Shown: piece after piece, positions 11,901-21,722 of the stretch
How positions within the stretch are numbered: position 1 is the stretch's first letter
How the letters are laid out: each line of letters starts with the position of its first letter
Assembly (NCBI GenBank): GCA_039621445.1
Contig: CP154954.1
Location: 41,347,572 to 41,411,571 of the forward strand
Direction: 5' to 3'
Length of the DNA: 64,000 nucleotides
Source: Euglena gracilis
Taxonomy: Eukaryota
Notes under the pieces: generated by a model
Database searches by the model: none
Told to the model about the DNA's origin: nothing
What the model saw: the letters and a program-made list of their open reading frames with translations, nothing else
Position numbers and translations under genes: made by a program

Positions 11901-14900
11901 CCCCCCCCACCAGGGGAGATTTTTTCACTTTACATAAAAATGCGCTTTTTAATAAAAAAAATGCAAAAAAATGGTCAAAAAAAAGACAAAATTTTTGGTT
12001 TTGGGGGGAAATCGAGGGCAAGAAAGAAGCTTTCATGATCAAAAAAAATTCCAGTGAATCCAAAAGAACACCAGGGGAAAAAACCAGGGCTCTCAGGGCT
12101 CATGAACAGACTCCACAACCCCCCAAATTGGCAAATTTAAACAAAATTTGTCAAAAAATGGCATTTCTTGATGATGGTTGCATGCTTGTGCTTACCAACC
12201 GGGGGGGGGGGGGGGGGGGGGGGTGGGGTGCTATAAGGTGCCTGCCCCTAGCAGGCACACCCCGGGGGGTGGGGCCCAGGGGGGGACCCAGAAATTTTTC
12301 ATTGCTTGGGGCAGGCACCCCCCCAAAACCCTACCCCCCCCCCTCTGGGGGGGTCAGATCGGGTGCTATGGGGTCAGGCTTTTCCTTCAGGACCCCGGGG
12401 GGGGGTACTGGCTGCCAATTGGCTAGACACTGGAAAAAGTGGACTAGCCAGACCCCTCCCCCGCGGGGGGGGGGGGGAGGGGGGGGGGGGGGGGGGCCGG
12501 GGCATGCTTTTGTGCTTACCAACCGGGGGGGGGGGGGGAGGGGGGTGCTATAGGGTGCCTGCCCCTAGCAGGCACCCCCCCCCCCGGGGGGGATAGGGGT
12601 CCGGGCCGGACCCAGAAAATTTTCATTGAAAATGGCCTTTTCCGGGCCCCTGGCGCCAGGGTCGGAGGGGGGTGCCTGCTAGGGGCAGGCACCCCCCAAA
12701 ACCCTACCCCCCCGCCGAGGGAGGGGTCGGATCGGGTGCTATGGGGTGCCTGCCCCTAGCACCCACCCCCCCCCCCCCCCAGGGGTAGGCACCCGACTAA
12801 GCGCAAGCCTGGTGCGGGGGCCCCCCGAACTGAAAAAAAATTTTCCTCCGGCGCAGCGTCGGAGGAAAAATGAGTTTTTTAACAGGTTTTGGGCTGATTT
12901 TGTTCCAAAAATTCCCAATAATGGCCAAAAACGGGCATTTTTGGCCATTTGGGGGGGTCCCAAAAAAATTTTGGCGCTTCGCGCCGGTCACTGGAAAAAA
13001 TTTTCACTAGCTAGCCCTGCTAGCAGACCCCCCCCCCCCGGGGCCCACTAGCCAAATTTGGACCAGCTGCAGTCCAGCCCCCTCCCCCGGGGGGTACTGC
13101 AATCCCTTAAGCAAAAGCCTGTATGGGGTGCCTGCCCCTAGCACGCACCCCCCCCCCCCGTGGGGTAGGCACCTGACTGAGCACAAGCCTGGATGGTTGA
13201 CGCCAGATATCAGTTTTTGTGTGTGTGTGGCCGAAAAAGTCGTCCCCAATGTCCTTCATTTTTCTTTCTGGAGGAAAAAGCCAAAATTTGGTTGGTTGGC
13301 CTGAGAGGGAGATTTATAAATGGGGGGGGGGGTAAAAGTGGGAGTGGGAGTGGGAGTTAAAAGCAGTGGACCATTTTCCGCCATGCGCAAAACCTCCAAT
13401 CAACAACCATTTTGGCAGTTTTCAGCAAAAAATTGTCGAACATCGTCAAAAGCTTTTGAATGATGGGTTTTTTAGGACCTGGTCCAGACCTGCCGACCCC
13501 CTGGGGGGCCAGGAGACCCACCAACCGTTGGGCTAATTTTGGGGACCCAAAATTTTTCGGCGTGCCAAAAAATGGAGAAAAATGTCTCCTTTCGGGCTTC
13601 CCACTCGGACCAACCACCCAAAATCCAGCTAAAATGGGCCGAATGAAAATATCTATATATAATATCTATGTAAACCCCCCAAATATACCCCCCCCCCCAA
13701 ATACAAACCCCCCCCAAATATAAAACCCCCCCTGAGGACCTTGAAATCCCGCCCAAATATAAAACCCCCCCTCCGGCGCGAAGCGCCGGAAGGAAATTTT
13801 TTCGACAATTCTCTCCAGAAATTGTGATTTTTTGGCAGATTTGGGAACACTTTTTACCAAAAACATGTCAAAATTGCTCCTTCGCCCGAAAAATGAAGTT
13901 TTTGGACCCCCAAGGGTGGGCGTATTTGTGATTTTGGACCAAAAAAATGACTACCGGAGCCCGCCGGGAAGTTGATTTTTCCGACCAAATATAAACCCCC
14001 CCAAATATAAAACCCCCCCTCGGGGTCTTGAAAGTTCCGCCCAAATATAAAACCGGGGGGTTTTATATTTGGGGGGGGGTTATAAAACTCGGACCACCCA
14101 CCCATACCACCACACCACCCAAAATCCAGCTAAAATGGGCCGAATGAAAATATTTTCCAGATAAAAAAAAACGAGCGCAAAGCACCAGAAAATTTTTTGA
14201 GGGACTTCACAAAATGAAATTGTATTTTCAGGCAACTTTTTTTTTCACCAAAAGACGATAAAAACAGAAATTTGCCAGCGCAAAGTGCCGGGAAAAATTT
14301 TTGGGTCCCTGGACCACCCTTCGGCCCTCGGCAGTGATCTTGACGATAACGAAACCAGGGGGAAAACAGAAACCAGGGGGTTCAGACTGCTTTGAATTTT
14401 CAACCAAATGCACAAAACAGATTGCAAAAGCAAAAGCGCAACACAAGAGGCAAACCTGGCGGGCGAGGAGGAGGACAACGGCGGCAGCAATGGTGGCCAC
14501 GGCCCGCGCTGCCCAGCTGCGGAGGGTGGGGCGCGGAGGCTGTGGGGCTGGTCGGCGGTGCTGGAGGCGTTCCGCTGGAGCTGTGGGGGCGGTGACGGTG
14601 AGCTGCGGGCTGGGGTGGACGCTGTCGGCGGTGATGTTGGCGATGATGGCGGCGCAGGGGGTGGCGTTGGTGGGCTGGAAACGGACGGGGATAAAGCTGC
14701 TTGGAATCAGAGGTTTGAGGACCCGGAGGGTCTGGACCATATCATTGCTTGTCGACCCGAGGGGGGGGGTCATTCTCCACTTTCAAAAAACTAGTCAGTC
14801 ACTTTCAAAAAACTAGTCAGTCACTTCTTAAAAACCAGTCACCCTTCCTACCCCCCGCACGGGGAGGGGGGTCGGTTGCTTTGGCCACTCACCTGAAAAG

Positions 14901-17900
14901 GCCCCTCCAGCCACTGGGCCAAAAAAAATGGCCAAAAAAACAAAGGATTTTTGGTCAAAAATCCAAAAAAATTTGTGCATGTATATGGGGGCCGTGTACC
15001 CCCTCATCCCCCCAGGGGTTTCTTTTTAAGACCGAGGGGGGAGGGGGACACTTTTCCCCTGAAAAGGCCAAAAAATCACGAAAAATGCATGTTCAAAAAA
15101 AAAGCACATCCCTCCCCCCTCTGGGCGCCCCCCCCGGGGGGGGCTCAGCCGGACCCACCCACCCTTCTCCACCCCCTGAAGGTCCAAAACTAAAAAAAAC
15201 CCCTGGTCCCCCCCCCGCGTCCTGAACCGCCCCACTACTGTACTGTCCATGCTTGTGCTTACCAACCGGGGGGGGGGGGAGGGGGTGGGTGGGTGCTATA
15301 GGGTGCCTGCCCCTAGCAGGCACACCCCCCCGGGGGGGGGGAATGGGGTCCGGGCCGGACCCAGAAAATTTTCATTGAAAATGGCCTTTTCCGGGCCCCC
15401 GGCGCCTTCGGAGGGGGGTGCCTGCTAGGGGCAGGCACCCCCAAAACCCTACCCCCCCCCCAGGGGGGTCGGATCGGGTGCTATGGGGTGCCTGCCCCTA
15501 GCACCCCCCCCCGTGGGGTAGGCACCCGACTAAGCACAAGCCTGGTACTGTCATTTCACTTTTGCTCAATAAAAAAAACCCTTACATTCGACAATGGAAA
15601 AATATCCATGCCAGTCGAAGTTTCAAAGGGCAACTGTGCAGCCAAATGCAAAATTTTCCGAACGGAGGCAAATACTTTGGGGATAAAATGCAAACATTTT
15701 TGAGATAAAATGCAAACAAATTGGTGGGGGAAGTGCAAAAATACATGGTCTGAAATGCGAAAAATTCAGTTGTTGTCTTCCAAAAAAACAAAAACTGACA
15801 CCGCTTAAAGCAGCCTCAGGAGGGGGCAGTGGAAGTGGAAAAGTAGCGGGGGGTGCGGAAGGCCATTCGAGGCTCACTGAGGGGCTCTGGCAGGGGCTCA
15901 TCGAAAGGCTCTGGCTCGGGCTCGTCGAGGGGCTCTGGCTCGGGCTCGTCGAGGGGCTCTGGCTCGGGCTTGTCGAGGGGCTCTGGCTCGGGCTCGTCGA
16001 GGGGCTCTGGCTCGGGCTTGTCGAGGGGCTCTGGCTCGGGCTCGTCGAGGGGCTCTCGCTCGGGCTCGTCGAGGGGCTCTGGCTCGGGCTCGAGGGGCTC
16101 TGGCTCGGGCTCGTCGAGGAGCTCTGGCTCGGGCTCGTCGAGGGGTTCTGGCTCGGGTTCATTGAGGGGCTCTGGTTCAGGCTCATCAAGGGGCTCTGGT
16201 TCGGGCTCATCAAGGGGCTCTGGCTCAGCTTCGGCCTCATCGAGGGACGGTGGCTCAGCCTCATCAAGGGGCTGTGGCTTGGCCTCGTCGAGGGCCTGGG
16301 GCTCCGGCTCAGCAAGAGACTCTAACTCCTGCTCCTGGAGGGACTCTGGCTCGGGCTGGGTCTCATCGAGGCGCTTGGTTTCGGCCTCGTCGAGGGGCTC
16401 TGGCTTGGTCTCGACAAGGGGCTGGACCTCCAGAATCGGAGGCTCTGGCTCCGGCTCGTCGAGGTGCTCAGGGTCCAGGAGGGCTGCAAGGGGCTGCGGG
16501 GCTGAGGCCAGGGGGACTGGGGGGGCCGGGAGGGCCAGGGGGACGGGGGGGGCCGGGAGGGGGGAGGGCTGAGGGGGCCGAAGGGCAGGGGGGGGCGGGA
16601 GGGGGAAGGGAGGGGGGGGCGGGAGGGCCGGAAGGGCTGAGGGGCCGGGAGGGCCAGGCGGGCTGAGGGGGCGGGAGGCTGAGGCTGAGGGGGCCGGGAG
16701 GGAAGGGCGGGCGGGGGGGGCCGGGAGGGCGCCGGGGGGGGGGGGAGGGAGGGGTGAGGGAGGGCAGGAGGGCTGAGGGGGCCGGGGCTGAGGGGCCGGG
16801 AGGGGAAGGCTGAGGGGGAGGGAGGGCCGGGAAGGGCTGAGGGGGCCGGGGGGGCCAGGCCGGCTGAGGGGGCCGGGAGGGCCGGCCAGGCTGAGGGGGC
16901 CGGGAGGGCCAGGGGGGGGGGGGGGCCGGGAGGGCCGGCCGGGCTGAGGGGGGAGGGAGGAAGGCTGAGGGGGCCGGAGGGCCGGCCAGGCTGGGGGGGC
17001 CGGGAGGGCCAGGCGGGCGGGGGGGGGGAGGGGGCCGGGAGGGGGGGGCCAGGGGCTGAGGGGGCCGGGAGGGCCAGGCGGGCTGAGGGGGCGGGAGGGC
17101 CGGCCAGGCTGAGGGGGCGGCCAGGCTGAGGGGGAGGGGGGGCCAGGGAGGCTGAGGGGGCCGGGAGGGGGCCGGGAGGGGGGGGCCGGGAGGGCCGGCC
17201 GGGCTGAGGGGGCCGGAGGGACGGCGGGCTGGGGGGCCGGGAGGGCCAGGCGGGCTGAGGGGGCCGGGAGGGAAAGGAGGGCTGAGGGGGCCGGAGGGGC
17301 CGGGCTGGGGGGGGGGGAGGGCCAGGAGGGCTGAGGGGGCCGGGAGGAGGGAGGGAAGGGGAGGAGGGGCCGGGAGGGCCAGCGGGCGGGAGGGGCCGGG
17401 GGAGGAGGCCGGCCGGGGGGGGGCCGGGAGGGGCCAGGGGGCTGGGGGCCGGCCAGGCTGAGGGGGCCGGCAGGCGGGGGGGGGGGGGGCCAGGGAGGGA
17501 GGGGGGGGGAGGGCAGGCCGGGGGGGGGGCCGGGAGGGCCAGGCGGGCTGAGGGGGCGGGAGGGGGCCGGGGCGGGGGGGCCGGGAGGGCCAGGCGGGCT
17601 GAGGGGGCCGGGAGGGGCCGGCCAGGCTGAGGGGGCCGGCCAGGCTGAGGGGGCTGGGGGGGCCAGGGAGGCTGAGGGGCCGGGAGGGCCGGGGGGGGGG
17701 CCGGGAGGGCCGGCCGGGCTGAGGGGGCAGGAGGGCCGGCGGGCTGGGGGGGCCGGGAGGGCCAGGCGGGCTGGGGGGGCCGGGAGGGCCAGGCGGGCTG
17801 AGGGGGCCGGGAGGGCCGGCCGGGCTGAGGGGGCCGGGAGGGCCGGCCGGGCTGGGGGGGCCGGGAGGGCCGGCCGGGGTGGGGGGGCCGGGCGGGCCGG

Positions 17901-20186
17901 CCGGGCTGAGGGGGCCGGGAGGGCCGGCCGGGCTGAGGGGGCCGGGAGGGCCGGCCGGGCTGGGGGGGCCGGGAGGGCCAGGCGGGCTGAGGGGGCCGGC
18001 CGGGCTGGGGGGGCCGGCAGGGGGGGCCATGGGGCCGGAAGGGCCGGCAGGGGCCGCTGTGGGGCTGGTGGGGCTGGGAGGGCCAGCTGTGGGACGTGGA
18101 TAAGGCTGCTTCATGCAAACATGCTTTTGCTTACTGACCGGGGGGAGGGGGGTGGGTGGGTGCTATAGGGTGCGGGGTGCCTGCCCCTGGCAGGCACACC
18201 CCCCAGGGGGGGGTAAACCCCCCCAAAATAAGACCGGGGGTCCATTTCATGGGTCGGTTGCTGGAGAGCCCGAGGGGGGGGGTCTTGTTCATGGGCAGGG
18301 TCCATTTTATGGATTTTTGCTGGAAATTTTTTCGACACCCCAAAATGTCCAAAAATGCCCCTCCAAATACCAATTTTCGAAAAACTTGGCACTCGCGCCA
18401 GACAAATAGGAGAAAATATGGTGAATTGTGTGAAAACAGTCCCAAAATGGCAGATTTGCCCCCCCAAATGTCCCATTTTTCAAAAATCCAGCGCTTCGCA
18501 CCGGCAGGGGGGGTCTTATTTATGGGGGGGTCCATTTCATGGATTTTTGCTCGGACTGACCGGGGGGGGGGGTGGTCTTATTTTGGGGGGTCTATTTTAT
18601 TGGGGGGGGGAATTACCATGCCCCCCCCCCTTAGTTAGTCACCCCCCCCTATTAGTCACCCTTGGGCCCCAGGCAAAAAAAATTTTTTCGAAGGGAAATA
18701 TTTTTCTTTAAAAAACGCCGAATTTGGCCATCGGATTTTTTTTGATGGTTGCCATCCATGAAAAGTGCCCTGGAATGCCCAAAAACAACCTTGAAACCCC
18801 CAAGAATTGGGGCAGGGGGGGCAAAATTTGGGTCTAAATTGACCCCCCCCCCCCCCGGGTTAGCCCCCCCCCTTTTATTAGCCACCCTTGGCAAAATTCC
18901 CCTCCCAAGGGGTGAATTAATTGGGGGGGGGGGGCACGGAATTTTGGGGGGGGTTAGGGGTCCGGGGGGATTTTTCATTGAAAAAATGGCCTTGTCCGGA
19001 CCCGCGGCGCCTTCGGAACCAGGGTCGGAGGGGGTTCCTGCTATGGGCAGGCACCCCCAAAACCCTGCCCCCCTGGGGGGGGGGGCGGATCGGGTGCTGT
19101 GGGGTGGGCACCCGACAAAGCACAAGCCTGCATGCAAATGTTGCCTTCAGAAAGACCCCCTCTGATTTGGCAGGGCCTGGGACCCCTGAAAGAAGCAGTT
19201 CTTTTGGTTTAAAAAAAGACAACAAAAAAACTTGGGGGGGGGGGCATGGCTTTGGCTGCCAGAAAGGTGGTCAAATGCATGGTGTTGGTTGGGACCATGA
19301 TGACAACAAACATGCACACCACACGGTTCGATTTCTGGCTCATTTGCAAAAAAAAGATAACCTGAATTGTGGATATTGTCTGAGAGCTCGTGGTTGTGTG
19401 GAATTACTGAGGCAGCCCTGGGCGGGGCAGGGGAGAAGGGCGAAGGGGAGAGGGGGGGAGAGCGGAGGGGAGGGTGAATTTTGGAGGGGGTGGGGGAAGG
19501 AGGGATTGCTGCCACCATGCAATCGCTCCACAAGTCGGACAGAACTCATTAGAATGGCAAAAACCGGCATCCTGGCGAGGAATGTGTGCAAAATACACCC
19601 GGTTTTTATCACCAAAAGTGTGCCCAAATCGCCCTTGGTGGTTGTGTCATGGATGCGCACATCATGGACATTTTCTCTGGTGGAGGTCTTTACAATTTGC
19701 ATTGATTTACATCACAATCTGTGAGATCCACCCAGGAGCAATGTGTGGCTTGGGGCCGGCGGTCACGGGAGTGGGAGGGCGGGGAAAGGGCGGCGCCCGC
19801 CGGTGATCACCAGGTGAGGGGATGCACCGGGGGGGCGAGCGGGGGGAGGGCGAATTTTGGAGGGGGGAGGAGGGTGGCTGCCGGCATGTGCAATTGCTTC
19901 CCAAAGTAAGACAGAAACTCATTAAAATGAGGAATGGAAATATCAGGTACACAATACAACACACCAGGTTCACAATGGTACACCCAGGTTTTATCGCCAG
20001 AAAGTGTACCCAAATCCCTTGGTGGTTTTGTCATGGATTGCTCACAATATGGATATTTTCCTGGTGGAGGTCTTCCAGTGAGAGATCCAACCCCAGGAGC
20101 AATTGTATGGCTTGGCGGTCACCAGGTGATCAGCCAGGCACTGGAGCACTGGGGCGCTGGGGGGACTGTGCCACTTGTACCGGTAG
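2114..20186 (-). CDS. Multi-exon gene for an unknown Pro/Glu-repeat protein with hydrophobic (probable transmembrane) segments; 5' end, one junction and the stop not fully resolved
   Basis: Hand-spliced exons 20123-20186, 15878-18086, 14456-14674, 10868-10949, 8880-8965, 8571-8636, 6627-6698, 5671-5751, 4851-4942, 4152-4249, 2797-2907 and <=2400. From 14674 downward they join in frame through GT-AG or CAG/CTG-stem introns: ...[182 protein letters not shown]... Third codon positions are GC-rich. Confidence 0.75.
2797..2907 (-). CDS. Exon [37 protein letters not shown]
   Basis: C-rich tract plus CAG acceptor; followed by |ACC-CAGGCTTCCT, which pairs perfectly (10 bp) with AGGAAGCCTG at 2406-2415. 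Confidence 0.72.
3318..3904. mobile_element. hAT-type MITE, family C (older copy)
   Basis: CAGGACTTTTGCTAAGGG...CCCTTCAAGCAGAAGCCTG; interior homologous to 12375-13121 and 21101-21722; TSD decayed. Confidence 0.6.
4152..4249 (-). CDS. Exon [32 protein letters not shown]
   Basis: GCTG-CATCG| 3' end, GTGGGC donor, GC3 bias. Confidence 0.72.
4851..4942 (-). CDS. Exon [31 protein letters not shown] (probable TM helix)
   Basis: CCTG-GCCAAT| (6-nt spacing) and |ATG-CAGC junctions keep the frame. Confidence 0.75.
5014..5467. mobile_element. hAT-type MITE, family A, with a nested family A copy at 5127-5402
   Basis: CAGGGGTTTTTTT...AAAAAAACCCCTG; perfect 8-bp TSD CTTCTGGC; inner copy TSD ATTGGGGG/GTTGGGGG. 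Confidence 0.9.
5671..5751 (-). CDS. Exon [27 protein letters not shown]
   Basis: CTCACAG acceptor; followed by |GGC-CAGG nonconventional start. Confidence 0.78.
5903..5946. repeat. (AAT)n microsatellite
   Basis: Direct reading. Confidence 0.95.
6080..6356. mobile_element. hAT-type MITE, family A
   Basis: CAGGGTTCTTT...AAAACCCCTG; TSD TTTGGAGC/AGTGGAGC. Confidence 0.8.
6627..6698 (-). CDS. Exon [24 protein letters not shown]
   Basis: TTCACAG acceptor, GTGTGT donor, 72 nt, phase 0. Confidence 0.8.
6908..7186. mobile_element. hAT-type MITE, family A
   Basis: GGGGTTTTTTTTTTAAGAC...GACTAAAAAAACCCCTG; ACCTGGC on both flanks. Confidence 0.8.
7466..7876. mobile_element. hAT-type MITE, family D (young)
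   Basis: Perfect 18-bp TIR CAGGGTTCGATATAAGGA / TCCTTATATCGAACCCTG; perfect TSD GGGTAAAT. Confidence 0.93.
8571..8636 (-). CDS. Exon [22 protein letters not shown]
   Basis: GCCTG-CCGGC| nonconventional 3' end and a GTGGCC donor. Confidence 0.78.
8880..8965 (-). CDS. Exon (H)[28 protein letters not shown]
   Basis: Nonconventional junctions on both sides (CTG-GGGGC| and |GAG-CAGGC); frame continuous. Confidence 0.8.
9188..9561. mobile_element. hAT-type MITE, family D
   Basis: CAGGGTTTGGTATAAGGA...[37 protein letters not shown]. Confidence 0.85.
9623..9926. mobile_element. hAT-type MITE, family B
   Basis: CATGCTTGTGCTTA...TAAGCACAAGCCTG; TSD CTGGGTAC/CTGGGGAC. Confidence 0.88.
10206..10663. 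mobile_element. hAT-type MITE with CAT...ATG ends
   Basis: TIR CATACATCTCTTTAAGG / CCTTAGAGAGATGTATG; perfect TSD GCTCGGAT. Confidence 0.9.
10868..10949 (-). CDS. Exon [27 protein letters not shown]
   Basis: CCACAG acceptor; followed by the nonconventional intron start ACA-CAGACCCCATT. Confidence 0.8.
12181..13191. mobile_element. Triple-nested MITEs: family B containing family C (12375-13121) containing family B (12503-12811)
   Basis: TSDs GATGGTTG (perfect), TATGGGGT (perfect) and GGCCGGGG/GTGCGGGG. Confidence 0.9.
13653..14087. mobile_element. MITE of a different class (GTAA(A)CCCCCCAAATATA-type ends); relative at 56484-56580
   Basis: Inverted ends TAAACCCCCCAAATATA / TATATTTGGGGGGGGTTA with internal AAATATAAAACCCCCC repeats; the CTGAGGACCTTGAAATCCCG segment has a close match at ~56514. 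Confidence 0.65.
14456..14674 (-). CDS. Exon with hydrophobic segment ([17 protein letters not shown]...[16 protein letters not shown])
   Basis: TTCCAG acceptor, GTTTGC donor, GC3-rich codons, in frame with the next exon. The phase of the join to the upstream repeat exon is unresolved. Confidence 0.75.
15013..15205. mobile_element. hAT-type MITE, family A
   Basis: CAGGGGTTTCTTTTTAAGAC...ACTAAAAAAAACCCCTG; TCCCCC-type flanks. Confidence 0.75.
15248..15544. mobile_element. hAT-type MITE, family B (intact, 297 bp)
   Basis: CATGCTTGTGCTTA...TAAGCACAAGCCTG; perfect TSD GTACTGTC. Confidence 0.92.
15878..18086 (-). CDS. Large repeat exon: (ALPAPSARP)n followed by (EPEPEPLD)n
   Basis: CAG acceptor ending at 18087 and a GTGAG donor starting at 15877. 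In the EPEPEPLD frame, most repeat variants are synonymous (GAT/GAC, GAA/GAG, CTT/CTC). This frame is absent from the ORF track, apparently for lack of a start codon. The middle G-run part appears to carry frameshift errors. Confidence 0.7.
18120..19130. mobile_element. hAT-type MITE, family B, expanded by nested insertions
   Basis: CATGCTTTTGCTTA...AAAGCACAAGCCTG; perfect TSD CATGCAAA. Confidence 0.88.
19451..20125. repeat. Diverged tandem duplication, ~380-bp period
   Basis: GAATTTTGGAGGGG, ACTCATTA, CCCTTGGTGGTT, CTGGTGGAGGTCTT and CCAGGAGCAAT recur in order at ~19470-19765 and ~19850-20125. Confidence 0.75.
20123..20186 (-). CDS. Probable upstream exon of the minus-strand gene ([21 protein letters not shown])
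   Basis: Polypyrimidine tract plus CAG acceptor and a GTGACC donor; the phase-0 end fits the next exon (LALPAPP...). Confidence 0.5.
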
Positions 20187-20322
20187 CTGTGAACAGAGAG
20201 GAGGAAGGGGAAATCCCACAACGCGCGCCTCCCGGCACTCCTCGCACCATGAAATACCCAAATTGGGGGTGAAATGAAAATGGCCAAGAAATTCCGAATT
20301 TGCCAATTAATGCAGCCTCCTC

Positions 20323-20475
20323 CAGGCTTTTGCTTACCAACCAGGGGGGGGGGGGGGGGGTGGGCTAGGGGGTGCTACAGTGCCTGCCCCCAGGCAGGCA
20401 CACCCCTCGTCGTCGCTGTTGCCCCTAGCCCCCCCCCCCCCCGTGGGTGGGTTTCCGACTCTAAGCAAAAGTCTG
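20323..20475. mobile_element. Short family B-related MITE
   Basis: CAGGCTTTTGCTTA...TAAGCAAAAGTCTG; TSD decayed. Confidence 0.7.
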
Positions 20476-21100
20476 GCCCTTCAACGACCTTGAAAGGAGA
20501 GAAGAATTTGATGGCACTGAATTGATGTGGTGACCAACACTTAAACTTTTGACGCAAAAAAAGACCTACCTATTTTCAGCCATTTTTGGTCCGTTTTGAT
20601 GCCATTTTCTGCCATTTTGCCCTTTTTGCCCCCACGGACAATGATGGGGGGCAGATTGGTTCCTTGGGCCAGCCTCGGCCCACATGGCCAATCTGGGGAC
20701 CAATCTGGATTCATTTTTTTGAACCAAAATGCCAAATGTGGGAGTGGAAAAAAAAATTTCCTGGGGCAGAATGCCAATTTGGGGGAAAATGCAAACAACG
20801 GCCATTTTGGCAATTTGGCCTCCCACCCCCGGGCTTGGTCGCCAATTGCCCCCCCCCCCGCGCAATAGCTCACTGTCACAGCACTTTTTTTATGAGGACT
20901 TCCCAAAAAAGTGCTACAAAATCGCCGTTTTTGGGACGTTTTCAAAATCACTTTTTGGCAAATGTGCTTAAAATTGACCATTTTTTTGCGAACATCCAGA
21001 AAAAGTTGCTAAAAAAGACCCCTTTTGGGTTGCCCGAGGTCCGGGTATGGGAACAGCTCGGGGGGCACCAGGTCCCCCCCCCCCCGAGCTGATCCCCACC

Positions 21101-21722
21101 CAGGCTTCTTCTTACGGACCCCTGGGGGGGGTACTGGCTGCCCAATCGACTTTGGAAAAAATGGACTAGTAGAGGGGTGGGGGTAGAGGGGGTCGGGGGG
21201 GTCCCCCAACTGGAAAAAAAAATTCCTCCGGCGCTGCGCGCCGAGAGGAGGAAATGAGGTTTTTAAAGGTTTTTGGCTGATTTTGTTTCAAAAATTCCCA
21301 AATATGGCCAAAAACAGGCATTTTTGGCCGTTTATGGGGGTCCCAAAGAAATTTGGTACTTGTTCGCTAAGGAGCCGCCACCCCAAATTTTTCTAAGTCG
21401 GAATTTTTAGGGTTATTGAAGGAGTAGGGTTAGGTGCGCACATGGCCATTTTGCGCTACATGGCCATGTTGCGCAACATGGCCATTGTGGCGCAACATGG
21501 CCATTGTAGCGCAAAATGGCCATGTGCGCACCTAACCCTACTCCTTCAATAACCCTAAAAATTCCGACTTAGAAAAATTTGGGGTGCGGGTGGGAACGAG
21601 GTCTCCTTAGCGGAACAAGTACCGTTTTTTGTGGGGGGGGGCAAAGAAATTTCGCCGGTCACTGAAAAAAAAAAATTCCACGAGCTAGAAGGGGGTACTG
21701 CAATCTCTTAAGCAGAAGCCTG
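21101..21722. mobile_element. hAT-type MITE, family C, carrying a foldback insertion
   Basis: CAGGCTTCTTCTTA...TAAGCAGAAGCCTG; flanks ATCCCCACC / ATCCCCCAC. Confidence 0.8.
21355..21623. mobile_element. Foldback/palindromic element (~270 bp); degenerate relative at ~22772-22944
   Basis: ~80-bp perfect inverted arms (CACCCCAAATTTTTCTAAGTCGG...GCGCTACA) plus outer GGTACTTGTTC/GAACAAGTACC. Confidence 0.85.

Noticed and set aside
16250-18103. Plus-strand collagen-like Gly-X-Y ORFs (GPGGPAGLR)
   Set aside because: They are the antisense shadow of the ALPAPSARP repeat; splice signals and all neighbouring exons are on the minus strand. Stranded RNA-seq would settle it.
15623-18118. ORF-track frames SPSQSPST (15623-16315), 598 aa and 548 aa as the real protein
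   Set aside because: They stop at 16322 or 16468 in mid-repeat, and repeat variation is mostly synonymous only in the EPEPEPLD frame.
21405-21560. Telomere or interstitial telomeric array
   Set aside because: Only isolated TTAGGG-like motifs inside a foldback element, with no tandem array.
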